Assembly: GCA_010093705.1 (NCBI GenBank)
Contig: MU006107.1
Span: 108,031-172,030, forward strand
Direction: 5' to 3'
From: Patellaria atrata CBS 101060
Taxonomy: Eukaryota
Length of the DNA: 64,000 nucleotides
Position 1 is the stretch's first letter. Each line of letters begins with the position of its first letter. Of this stretch, positions 27,388-39,828 are shown one piece after another. The position numbers were made by a program, and so were the translations under genes. A model generated the notes under the pieces. That model was not told the DNA's origin, made no database searches, and saw only the letters and a program-made list of their open reading frames with translations.

Positions 27388-27623
27388 TTGTTTATCGACC
27401 TTTCGGAAGATACTCCAACGAGCCATCCTCCTAGATACAACAAAACTTCGAGCCGAAAGGACAAGGCATTGAGCTTTACCCTCAAGTCACCGACTCATCT
27501 CCTCTGTCAAACATTGCGGTCTCTCATCCCTTCCGCCCATCCATCAACAAATCGATTGGACTTGTCAAAGAGCGAAGAAACATTTCCTTGCGAGCATTGA
27601 GACGAAGATTTTAAGAGTAGTTT

Positions 27624-27653
27624 ATGACGACCCGAGACGACTTTACGACGTGA
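27624..27653 (+). promoter_or_regulatory. uORF (MTTRDDFTT*) in the stuA leader
   Basis: The only ATG between 27388 and 28523. Confidence 0.5.
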
Positions 27654-28523
27654 TTTCTTGTGCTTCAGCATTGTAGCGTTCCTGTTTTCTCTGCTCGAAT
27701 TCCCTGAGGCACTGCGCCGCATTCTTTGGACCTCCCTCTGGACTGGACGGATTCCTCGGCGCTGTAGCACTCCCATTCGTACAACACTAGGACCTTCGCC
27801 AAGTCACAGGTTCCGCTCCATAGGTCACGAAGAGTACATCCGATAATCGCGCTTCAAACGAGTAGTCCGAATACCGTGGTCGCTTGTTTGCGCCTGGCAA
27901 AAGTCAGCCGCTACTTTTGGCTTCAAACATTATTACACCTGCATTCCTGAGCAAACTTTGACTACTCAAAGTATTTTTTCGGTTAGACTGTTCTTCGGTC
28001 GCCATCATCAAAGTGTCATCGCTTCTGGATTCACCGGTTACGTGCGTTAATCCTACCGCAAAGAAGAGCGTATCTCTGCCCTTTCGGATTCAGTAATTGG
28101 TGATTTGGACTTGGAAGATCTTCTCACTTGCAAAGGTGAATTGATCTTGAGTCGAAGTCGAGGAAGGCGGATCACTCACCCTTCCGTGACTCGTGAAAAC
28201 CGGAAAGCTGGAGCTGCCACCGCTCAATAACGAATTTCCCCCCCGAGGCCCCAACGATCCATCTTATACTTCGAGTTACGGACCACGTTCTTCTGCGCAC
28301 GGTGAGAGGTTACCAAATCTCACTCATATCCGAGCGCAACCAAGCACGTCTTCGAACTCATCTTCGCCTCGGGGTGGTTCATTCAGCGCTTCATCTGTCG
28401 CAAATTCCACGGCAAGCTCTAACACCTCCTATTCTTCATCCGTAAACGGTGTTCAGGCAGGGTATAAAACGCCCTCTCCGGAACAGACTCCGCAATCACT
28501 TGGTAGAAACGGCCAAGGTTTGA

Positions 28524-28610
28524 ATGTGCAATCGCAACAAGAATCTCCATACGGTACTCAGCATAGTGTTCAAGGTTACGGCTACAGCGCAGATTCGTAC
28601 GGCAGCATGA
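28524..28610 (+). promoter_or_regulatory. Out-of-frame uORF (28 aa) whose stop overlaps the stuA ATG (ATGA)
   Basis: ATG at 28524 reads [31 protein letters not shown] 28608-28610 overlaps ATG 28607-28609. Confidence 0.5.
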
Positions 28611-30721
28611 ACCACATGCAGCCCTATCAAGATGTGCATCAGAACCACATTTCTGCAGCCCCAACGCATGCAGCCTCATCTGGGCCCCCAACAGGCATGA
28701 CTCATTATCCGCCGTATCAACAACCATCTGTACTTCAATCTGCTCCACCGAACTATTCATCTGCGCCGAGTACTTATAGTCAGTATGCTTATGGTGGCGG
28801 TATGCCGCCTGTATCTGCAGCTCATGCTGTATCATCATCTATGTCGAATGCCCTTGTCCCCGGAGCTTTGCCGTTACCTGGTGAGTTGATCCAGATCCTT
28901 GCAATTCTCTTTAACTAACGCCTGCAGCAATGACCGCTGGAGCACCTGGAGCTGGTTCCCTTTCAGGATCCCAGAATTACCCACATACGTTCGATACCAC
29001 TGGCCAAGTCGCTCCGCCAGGGATGAAACCTAGGGTCACAGCTACATTATGGGAAGACGAAGGCAGTCTATGTTTCCAAGTTGAAGCAAAAGGGGTTTGC
29101 GTTGCTCGTAGAGAAGGTCAGAATTATGTATGTCATTTTATGAATTTTTACTAACCCCAACAGACAATCATATGATCAACGGTACGAAGCTGCTCAATGT
29201 TGCAGGGATGACCAGAGGAAGACGTGACGGTATCTTAAAGAGCGAGAAAACGAGACATGTAGTAAAAATTGGACCGATGCACCTCAAAGGCGTCTGGTAG
29301 GTCTCAAAAAGCAGAAGTTTTGCTTTTCAGCTAACCTTTGTAGGATTCCCTTTGATCGCGCACTTGATTTCGCCAATAAGGAGAAAATTACGGAACAACT
29401 ATATCCCTTGTTCGTCCATGATATAGGTGCACTTCTTTACCATCCTTCGAACAGCCAGACACGTGCTGGTATTGGAGGTATGGCGGCAGTTGCGGATCGT
29501 CGTCGACAAGATCAACGATATATTGGGACCACCCAGCCGCCCCAACCCCCATCCTTACACCATCACCATTCGATGAGCAATCCTGTGGGCACCCATATGA
29601 ACCAGCAACAGCCTCATTCGATAGCTCCCCATCCATCTGCTGGACGTCCCGGTTTAGATCGAGCCCACACTTTCCCAACTCCGCCAACGAGTGCTTCTAG
29701 TATCATTGGAATGGGCAACCAGGGCAGTTCTTATGAGTGGAACGGCGCCGCAGTCTCAAATTTGCAAAGTAACCAGCCATTGTCCATTGATACTGGATTG
29801 AGCAATGCTCGATCAGTTCCTACTACTCCGGCCACGACTCCACCTGGTGCAATGCAAAACATGCAGTATCAGACAAGTCAAGCTTATGATAGTCAGCGTC
29901 AAATGTATACTGCGCCGCCTACACAACAACAACCGAGCCAATACGGCTCCCAGACTAATAATATGGTACGCTACGGTCAACCTTTACAACCTAGTCCCTA
30001 TCAAAAGAACGAAATGGCACCTCCAGCAAGAACCGCGGAAGGCGACCAGCAATCTGAAGTAAAGCCCCATGATCCGCTAATGAACCAACAGCCAGAACAG
30101 CCAGGTCACGCTCAAGATGAGAATGAAGCTGATCATGAGCACGAGCCTGACTACACGCACTCTGCTGCACCATACACTGCGAATCGGTCATATACATACC
30201 CAAATGCGACAGCCACCTCGCTTCATGCCGAGCATCCCCATCTTTCTCCAGAAATGACGGGCTCACCGCATCAGAATGGCTCGGGCCGAGCTACTCCTCG
30301 AACGACGGTGACAGCAGGTGGTCAATGGTCTACAGGTTATAGCACTCCTCAGCGTGGTCAACAACCGCCATCCAGCAATCTCTATAGCGTCATGAGCGAT
30401 AACCGAGGCGCTACCACAAATGGAAATGCGGCACCGGATAGTTATTCGGCACCACCTGTTCAAAGCGCATACCCAAGCCAAGCATACCCTACGCCTAACG
30501 GATTACCACCCTCGAACAAGAGAGTTCGCGAGCTTGACGACGATGAAGACCCATATGGACGCAGTGGTGGTCGAGGACCGGCTGGTGAAGATATCGAAGG
30601 TCTAAAGCGCCGAAAGACTATCCGCGAGGGTAGCGTAGGAGGCGCTGTGGGTGTTAACTCCTTCAATAACGACCAATCTCTGCAAAGGGCGAAGTCGACA
30701 ATCTCGCAGCGACGCAGATAG
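28607..30721 (+). CDS. stuA: APSES-domain developmental transcription factor StuA/Asm-1 (657 aa from the first ATG; possible non-AUG extension from ~28193/28208)
   Basis: Exons 28607-28880, 28928-29116, 29164-29296, 29344-30721. APSES domain [80 protein letters not shown]; also [20 protein letters not shown] and [22 protein letters not shown]. Confidence 0.97.
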
Positions 30722-31584
30722 CCAAGATCTATTTCTTCTGGTGACTTTGATGGGTGTGAAATCCTGATTCGGATATTGCAAACATAGACGGTTGGGTGCA
30801 AGATTTGCGGTTTCAGACATTTTACTTACAGGCGCTATCGTCCGATCCCTAAATCAGGACACGAATTCGATTTGGCTCCTTCTAATGACATTTAACACGA
30901 CTACCTCTCTTCGGACAAGAAATTCCTTTTCCATATGTCAACAACTCTACATCACCCTTACGATTGTGTCTCTATATCACTAAAATCTTCCCCTCACTAC
31001 AGATTTCCTTACGGCTTTCAATCTCCTTTGTTCGGGCACTGACGACCGATTACGACTTTCTTCTTGCCTTGTTTTGATTACTTCATGACCACGCATTCTA
31101 AGTGGGTGGACGAATATCCCAAACCGGGTGACGACTTGTATTCTGCCCCGGACGGTATTACCGACCTCACGCTGACACGAGAAAAACGGACGACAACACA
31201 TAAAACTATCCATACACCTACCTCCTAGGCTCACATCAAGGACAACAATGCTCACATACCGATCCGGGTCCCCCCCCCCTTTTTTTTTTTTTAATTTCTA
31301 TTATTACAACTTTCGATTCACACCGATTCTGAGAGCAGCGTAGAACCTGAAAACGGCCGACATACACAACTACACAACACACAGCAGCTGAACATTCTTA
31401 TCTCGAGAGACGAATACATGTGATGGCTTAACCTTCCCCAAACTTACCGGGCGGAAAATGAGAGACGGGCTTCATGTGGATATGAATGTGATGATGCGTG
31501 GTTAACTTTTCTTCTAGATTGGTAACTTCTTTGTTCGCTGGGAATTACCTGTTTGTGAATTTGGTGGGATGATTCTTCTTATTT

Positions 31585-31639
31585 TGACTGACTGATTGAT
31601 TGATTGATGGATTGATGGATGGATTGATTGATTGATTGA
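31585..31639. repeat. Compound TGAT/TGAC/GGAT tetranucleotide microsatellite
   Basis: tgactgactgattgattgattgatggattgatggatggattgattgattgattga. Confidence 0.85.
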
Positions 31640-31912
31640 AAGTGACACGACTTGTGTGTGGAGGGAAACTTTATCCTTTTTCTGAGAATTCGATTCTTTT
31701 GTGGTGGAACCGGGCCTTTTTTTTATGTAACCTGGGGTTGGGGTTGATTTACGATAATGAGGAATCTAAAAGCTTGTTCTCATATCTAATATCGTCCGCT
31801 TATGCTTTGACTTGATATATTTCCAATGTGTGAACATGACCCATATAAATCACCTCAGAATTACGTCTAAAGTCAAGGTATAGCTGGAAAGCTCCTTCTA
31901 GATCCCCTCCCC

Positions 31913-33000
31913 TTAAATGTCCAAGTCGTCCAATAAATCACTCCCCCTAAATACCTTCGGCGCATCCCGTGTTCCCCCAAACGCCGCAACCCCCATCCTC
32001 TGCCGTTCCTCCTCCTCCTCCCTTTCCGTCTTCCGTCTCTCCAACTCTTCCTCCTCCCTCTTCCTCTCCGCCTCCTGCTCCTCCTTGCTCAAGACCGACG
32101 AAGGATCCCGCCCGCCCTCGAGCATGATTTGGATGTCCGCGAGAGCTCCCTCGCGCATTTGACTGTCGGAAGGCCACGGCACGAAGGGAGCTCGGGAGAC
32201 GGAGTCGAGCCATTCGCGCTCCTGCGGGGTCAGGGAGTGCAGGGCGCGGTTTAGGTCATCCTCACCTCCTTCCTTGCCCTCGGCTGGTGTTCCCTCTACC
32301 GCCCCCGATGGGGACGGCGCAGCTGTCCCGTTTGCCTGCTGTGTGGAAGGGTCTCCTGAGGGGTGAGGGGGCGCAACTTTGAAACCGGGCGGGGCGGTAA
32401 AGCGTGATATACGGTTTGCGTAGCTCAGGAGCTCTTGGAGGCGGATGGGGCGGGCGGATGATGGAAGGGTGGTCGTGGGGCGAGAGGTGAGGTCACGTCG
32501 GGTGCTGGCGAGGACGGAGAGGTGGGATTTCAGTTGTGCGTCGAGCGTGAGGGCGTGTGAGCGGAGGGCGAGGATGGTATGGTGATTGGTTTGGTGCGTG
32601 GAGACTGGGAAGGGGTTAGTGATGAGCTTAGTCTCATAGGAGATTGTAAGAAATGTAGGACTATGGGGGAGGAAACTGTAGGCTATTGGGTAACAATGTG
32701 CTCGGTAAGGAATGGAATTGAGTAGCTTTGCTGAGGATAAAGCGGCTGAGGGGATAAGAGAGGGATGAGATGAGGGTTTCAGCCCTATGCGCTTCTGAAC
32801 AGCTTCATAGCTCTCGGTGATGTTGATTTGGAATGATATTGGGGGGCCTCACGCTTCTCCAAACCCTTGCTCAGCTCATCGTCCGCGCTCACGAGATCCA
32901 GTGCCGCACTCGGGGAGGGATTGTAGGACGAGATCGATTCGATAAGCGTGTCCAGTGCTGTTTCGACGCGGTGGAATTGTTCGTTCAGGACGATGTCCAT
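31913..33000 (-). CDS. MED4: Mediator complex subunit 4 (279 aa)
   Basis: Exons 33000-32853, 32604-31913. MDIVLNEQFHRVETALDTLIESISSYNPSP..DELSKGLEKLSTHQTNH; ELLSYANRISRFT; PFVPWPSDSQMREGAL; acidic C-terminus LLDDLDI. Confidence 0.85.
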
Positions 33001-33819
33001 GATGTACAATTGCGGAGTGGATTGTAGAATGTGGAAGCTCTTTACTCCGTATAGAGGTGACGTTTGGAGCTAGCGGTTGGGCACGTGTGGAGAGCTTCGT
33101 ATGGCTAGATAGAATACTGTACGCGAAGCGTCAAAATGTCAAAGGCGATGATTGTTTTGAAATCTTGAACAGCGTCATACTTCAGCCGCACGTACTATTC
33201 AGAATATAGAAATGTTTTCCCTTGGATCCATGAAAGCCTCTGTCTAGGATGGGACGAATATCAGTAAGACCAACATACATAAGGTGTCAAATTATAATCG
33301 CGAGCCACCAAAAGGCCATGGGATAAGAGCCGGAACGACCGGGCGTCATTACGATTGACGATTCAATTTCTCGGATTACTTTCTAATCATCAAAAGCTTT
33401 CTCAGCAGAGCCAAAATTGGGAATATGTCATTGAACATTGGACCATCATCATCTTCACTTGCTTGTTCATCATTGGTTGGACCCATCATTTGAACAAAAA
33501 CATACCACAAGTGTTGAAGTCTCTTTGTCAGCATACTAGCATTAATGCAGTGGAGAAACCGGAATCTCCTACTCGTATTGCCTTCTATAACATGTCTGAT
33601 CTTCAAACTAACCAGGAATAAGGAAGTAGGGCGCTTGAGATATCTAGATTCCGGCAAAGTAGGTCGGGATACAGTCCAACGCACATAGAAGATAGGTAAG
33701 ATATTCACCTCTGTGAAACGAACTCTTTGGAAGTTATGGAGTGTATCGTTTCCTTAATTCTTAGTCTTCCCAGGGGTCTCCTATTGGAGTAGGTGTATAC
33801 GTTCTTATATTGATTAGCT

Positions 33820-36388
33820 ATGCCGGCTTCTAGTCCTCTATTTTCCAAATTTGAAGTTACTGTCAATCCTAGATCAGGAGGAAGTCATTCCCCCACAAAT
33901 TCAGCAAGAATTCGACATATCAACTCTTGTCTAAATTGTCGACGCCGGAAAGTACGCTGTGATCACAAGAAACCCACCTGTTCTTCCTGTCAACGGGGAA
34001 ATCACACGTGCTCCTATGCAACGAGTACTGCTGAAAGTTCGTCATCCAGTATCCAAGCCACCGCGAGTGATAGGACTAGCAGTCGCCCCTCAGACATCAA
34101 AAGGAGACTCCAGCGTCTCGAAAATCTCGTTCAAGATGTTGTTAAAGGACATGCTTCTGTTGTTTTACAGAAAAGTCCTGATAACACAGCTACCTGCAGA
34201 CCTCGCAGAGTTGGAGATATCTCCCCTGTAACAGAACGACATGAATTCGATATAGAACATATACTCTCGGAACAGACCCAAGTTAATCATACTTCTTCTA
34301 CTAAAGATGAGACGTTGAGCATTGAAGATGGAGAATTTCGCTTCAACTCATCTTTATATAGGGATTTTCTCACTAATGAGGTACGTTCTACCATTGATAT
34401 CCTCTCCTAGCGTTTAGCTCAGTGTCTATAGGAAGGCACTCTCCGATACGAGATTTTGACTGTAGACTGATGACTCCAGACTTCCAATACCAGAAGGTCA
34501 TTTGGTCACCTACGAAGTGAGGAGAGAGATACATCGTCATTTTTCAACCAGAACCTTAGAACAAATAGTTCTTTTACCGACAGCCAACCAGGCTGTGCCA
34601 ATTATCCCATGGACCTTTTCAGATCGAGCTGTGAGATAGGGGATCTCTCATCGTACTATCCAAAGGACAGAGAAGAGTGCTACATGCTCTTTGACGTATT
34701 TCTAAATACTGTAGAGCCCGAAATAAAGATTCTTCATCTACCAACATTCCGCAAATCCTTCGATTTTTACGTTTCTTATATCAAACCAACTCCTTATGAA
34801 ACTACTAGACCTGATGCACCCCAGGCGATCGAGGATGAGCAGTTTATCCGTCACCTTGAACCTTTGGCATTTTCAGTCTTCTTCTGTGCTGCATCGTTTA
34901 TGAAGTCAAGCACGATATACGACTACGTCAGTATTGGGAAGGCTTCTTATGTTGCTAAGTATGAGCGGGGAACGCAGTTAGCAATGACAAGAGCAGACTT
35001 AATGAAGACCCGACATATAGAAGTTTTGCAAGCATTCCTATTGTATATGGTCTGATAACTCTCCTCCTTTACGCTATCTCCTCTACTAACACGTGTTTTT
35101 GGATAGAGCTGTTGCTATCGAGCAAACGACATGGAATATGTATGGTCCCTTGTGGGGTTAGCACACAGAATAGCTCTTTCACAAGGGCTACATAAAGATC
35201 CCTCCACTCTCCCCATGGCTACTATCGATGATGTAACCGCAGAGGTCCGCCGTAGGATGTGGGCCCATCTTTGCTATCTTGATATTATCTCAGCAGAAAC
35301 ACAAGGACAAGAACCTACAATATGGTTCGGATCATCCACTACAACGCCACCGCACAATATCGACGACGAAACACTCTGCGAAGGTGTAATCACGCCTGGT
35401 GGCGTGGAAGATGTACCAACCTTTACCGACATGACTTTACCGTGTATACGAGTTAGCGGAAATATATGTCTCCGCAGGATCGTGCAATATACCTCGCGGG
35501 TCGAGCAAAGCGTAAACGGCATGGATCGACGAGCACAGCTTGTGACCGTGCAGGAGCTATATCTTCATGTATGGTCACTGATACAGGAAACAGTGAAACA
35601 TAACACCATGCAATATACCAGGTTCTGCGACCCTTCGGTCCCCGCACAGAAAGCTGCTCTCCAAGTTCAGACGTTGCTGGAGTCGAAAGCGTGGGTTACA
35701 TTCTGGTCATGCCTCCCTCGACCCCTAAGGGAGGAGTTGCTCCCAAGGGAAGTACGATTCAAGTATGTGAGCCACCGCCGTTCCACATCGAGCGAAGCAC
35801 TAACGCGTCAGCAGCATCTTGGAGCGAGCAATTCATCTGATCGAAGTCTCGAATTCCCTGTCTCCAGATGTGCAACGCGAAGACTCGACCTGGCACCCAC
35901 ACAGGTTCTCGGCAATTCAAGCAATCACCCACGTCCTTTCCGAGATGCGCTTACCCGCTTTCCAAGGGCTGGGAGCAGCTGCCTTCAAACTACGCGCGTT
36001 AAAGGCGATTTGGGATTGTGACCACATCCACTCCGACAGCCAGTTCGAGACCATAGAAGTGACAGAACCCCCATCGAACTCACACTTCCGACCCCAAGAT
36101 CCTCTATTCGATTCGAGCAGTCTGCCGCACTCGGGCTACAGAATGGCGCAGACCATGTCCGCAAGCGCCGAGCAGATCCACTACAGCTCGCAGGACATAC
36201 CGCCCGATTACGTCTCTACGCGCGACTATCAACCAATCACGGATGACCTTGTGCATCTCAACTGGGTAAGCTTCCCCATTTTCGATATAAACCTTCTCTC
36301 ACATGACTGGCACTCCTTTTCCCTGCCAGCTTTAGACGATGATAGAAGACTAACGAGGATTACAGGATACATGGGGCGGAAATGGTAA
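33820..36388 (+). CDS. Zn(II)2Cys6 transcription factor with fungal middle-homology region (3' end uncertain)
   Basis: SCLNCRRRKVRCDHKKPTCSSCQRGNHTCSY cluster; WSLVGLAHRIALSQGLHKDP..EVRRRMWAHL. Introns 34381-34479, 35050-35106, 35763-35811/14 and possibly one starting at 36266. Confidence 0.85.
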
Positions 36389-36999
36389 TGGTAATCTGTT
36401 TTCCTCGAATGCGTGAGGGTATGTAAGACGCTGGTGATAGCAGTGGGGGAAGGGAGGTGGGTGCACATAATAGTACTGCGTGAGAAGCTGCACAGGATCG
36501 ATGGTTGCGATGCGGTGTGCAGGTGGAGCGCGTGGAGGAGCATACGGGGGACGGGATCGGACTCTGTGATAGCTGCTGGAGAGACCCAGAAACCCCTCGA
36601 AGATGTTTGGGGACGCCTCTGTCTCGGAAGCTCCCAGATACTGTTTCACAAAACACGACAAGCAACCCCATAGCGTATGATACCCCAAGATTGTCTGTAA
36701 TATTCAAACACATATACATAAACATACAACCGCTAACAATTCAAACCGCCGCGCCCCTTTCTTACTAAGATGGTAGATCCGACAAACGCTTTTCCCACAC
36801 CTATTTTCGACGCCGAGGGGAACGTTTATGCAGAAGGTGAAAATAAAGCATGACAGAACGGCTTGTGAATGGCTATCCCTATACCGCAATGCCGATATGT
36901 TATGCGCTACACTGGGACTATGAAAGTGTGAATGATCTCGCCGTTCTACATTGTCTTTCCCGGTCCTTTGCGCTAATCAACCTTCCACCTCCCGTCCCT

Positions 37000-39051
37000 T
37001 TAATCTACCTTGATGGAGCCATAGATCTTTAGGACGAACAACCACGAGGCGAAGAACCCAATCGTACCTGTTACAATGTTAGCGGGTCCCCTTCATTTAG
37101 ACCTCCTTTCTCGAGGGGATATCACTAACCAGTCAAAACACCCACCAAGCCCGCCACTAGCGCCGAATACCCCAGATAAAGCACGGCGCCCGTGACACCG
37201 GCGAACCTAATCCCCTGTGCCCATCCCAGCAAACAATACGCAAAGACGTAGACGCCGGACATGGCAGCGGTGGCAAAAGCGCGCCACTGCCAGTGGTAGT
37301 TTTCGGAGCAGAGGAGGAAGTAGATCATGAGGACTGTGACAGCGGCGGCGGTCATGATCATGAGGCCGTAGCAGACGAAGAGGAAGCCGAACATATAATA
37401 GATCTTGGAGTGCCAGATGGAGCGCATGACGAAGTAGAGCTCGACGAAGATGGCGCCGAAGGGGAGCACGCCGACGAGGAGCATGCTCGGGAGCGGTCGG
37501 AGGTACCCGCTCGCGGGCGGTATCTGGCGCGGGATCTGGTTCGTCCTCACTGGCTCCTCGACTGCTTTCGCCTTGAACCCGAGCCATGACCCGGCCACGC
37601 TCAGCGGAACGCTTATGAGGAACCATATACATACCAGCACGAGCATGGTGGTGAAGGGCACGGCGCCTGACGCTTGTCGGGCCCAGACGAAAAAGTTCAA
37701 CAGGAAGAAGACGGCGAAGACGGTGCCGGGAATAGCGAGGGGGGTTAGGACGATGTTTTGTTTCCATTTTTCGCCGTGGAAGAATTTATAGACGCGAGCG
37801 GAGACGTAGCCGCCGATGAAGGAGAGGAAGGTGTAGAGGAGGACGACTGCAGTACCTAGAGAACCACGAGAGGAAGGGGAGAGGAAACCGAGGAGGGCAA
37901 AAGCTGTGAGGGATGTTAGTAAAGTTGTTGCGAAAGGGATAGGGGTTAGTACCGATAGTGAAGCCAGTCATCATGAACAGCTGTGCACCGTTTCCTAGGA
38001 GCACGCTGAGAAGGAGAGGGTTCTTAGGTGGTCTGAAGACGTCGCCGTGGACGAGTTTCCAGCCTGAGTCTTCCTGAACACCGTCCTCGACTGCACTGGT
38101 GCCGGACAGATCATCCAGGGCCAGTTGATCGAGACGGTTGTACCTTGCGATATCTTTCCTCAGTGTCCGTAGCAGAATAGTCGAAACCATTGTGATCAGC
38201 ACAACGACAATAACAGCCGAGTTGATCAGTGAAAACCAATGGATCCGCGGGTCATAGACGTGCAAGTACTTGTCCCACCTCGTCGCGAACGGTGTCTTCG
38301 ACGGCCTCCAATAAGTGCTATACGTATACACCACCTTCGTCTTCTCTTTCTCCGACAGATGAAGCGGGTTCGAAGTGTCACCACATTCACCTTTCCCCTT
38401 TTCCAAGAATTTGGAATCCCTCATCGAAGATGGCTCGACTAATATCCCGACCACCCTGAACTGATCCTTGCTCGCCTGGTGGTAATCAATGATAATATCA
38501 TAATGGTTATTCAGCACAACTTTATCGTCTTTGATATCTCCAAGTGGAAATCCAGGGAGGTAAAATTCGCTATTTGTATTCGCATCGAACCGCAATGACC
38601 CAGCCGGTAACCCGTCAACCAACCAATTCAAATTGTAGTTCTGCCATATCCTCCTATTGACCCACTTCGCGTCTCTCGCGTCTAGTTCTTGTGCCTCACA
38701 TACCGCTTTACAAGTCTCATTGATACCCATCTTTAACTCATAAGGACTCGTCTGTATTCGATCCCCAAATAGTATGCTCCCCAACGACTCAGAGATATAT
38801 TTCGCGCCGCCCTCCGGGGCGCAGAAGTGGAACGAATGGTGATAGTAATCGAACGAAAATACAGATCGGACTTCCTGATCCTGCTGTGATTCGGCAGGTG
38901 TGAGGTGATTGACATTTAAAGGGACCAGGTCCCCCTTTTTGTATGATGTAGGCGCAACGCCTGGAAGGTAAAACGCGGATGTCGAGGAGGCTAGTAGAAG
39001 AAGGGATGATAAAGCAGCGGCTCCATGGTTGCGATGAGTATGTAGTCGCAT
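37000..39051 (-). CDS. EMP70: Transmembrane 9 superfamily (nonaspanin, EMP70/TMN) protein, 646 aa
   Basis: Exons 39051-37953, 37903-37130, 37067-37000. FYLPGVAPTSY, IHWFSLINS, EDSGWKLVHGDVFRPP, PVRTNQIPRQIP; C-terminal KIYGSIKVD. Confidence 0.95.
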
Positions 39052-39828
39052 GATGAAGAGTTAAGGTATTCGTGTCAGCATCAAAGAGGAAGAGTAGGCT
39101 CAAGGAGAGAGTGTATAGAGCTCGTAGTTATGCCCCTCGGGGGCCCGGAAGGATTTTGGTGCAACTCGGTGGATGAAGTTTGCTAATCTGTGGGTTCTAC
39201 TTTCAAGAATGGTCTGAGTTTGAGGTCGTAGGTGATAACTAGGTGGGTAGGAGTGGTTCAAGGAAAAAAAAGTTCGTAGTACGTGGTTTCAAAGAAAGCT
39301 CACCAAATTCGGCTCTCAGCAGCTGCGCCATCACAGGATCGCGTGTGGCGTCCAAGACAAACACCTTATGCATCCATCCAGGGGCCTCCTGAGTTGAGCA
39401 TCGTTTCGAGATATTAACGATGACGAACCCATTTTATACTCATTCGAACCATCAGTTGGACTACCAGTAGCATATTGTCAATACCCTCAATTCTACTATA
39501 TATAATCGCCGGATAGTACAAAGAATCCGCGACTTATTCTATACTGTACGAGACGCTTTGAGAGGACAGACGTGGCAGTCCATCAATACTTCAAATGTTG
39601 GAATTACACCTCAGTATGTACATCGGACGTACGTCAACCCAAGGATCATTGAACACTTCAACGACAGAGATAATCATAATATCTTTGATTTGAATTTGCT
39701 ACTCAGAACCCCTAGAACGACCATGATGCTCATTGAAGACGGCCTGTGATATCAGAACGCAAGGAAAGCCCAAGGAGAGAGACCAAGATCAGAACCAGCA
39801 CGAGTACTAGCACACCAAATCTGTGCTA

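Noticed and set aside
32605..32852. 248-nt MED4 intron as a snoRNA host
   Set aside because: No properly spaced C/D or H/ACA boxes seen
37207..37791. Overlapping 113-186-aa ORFs on both strands in EMP70
   Set aside because: Shadow ORFs of a GC-rich coding exon
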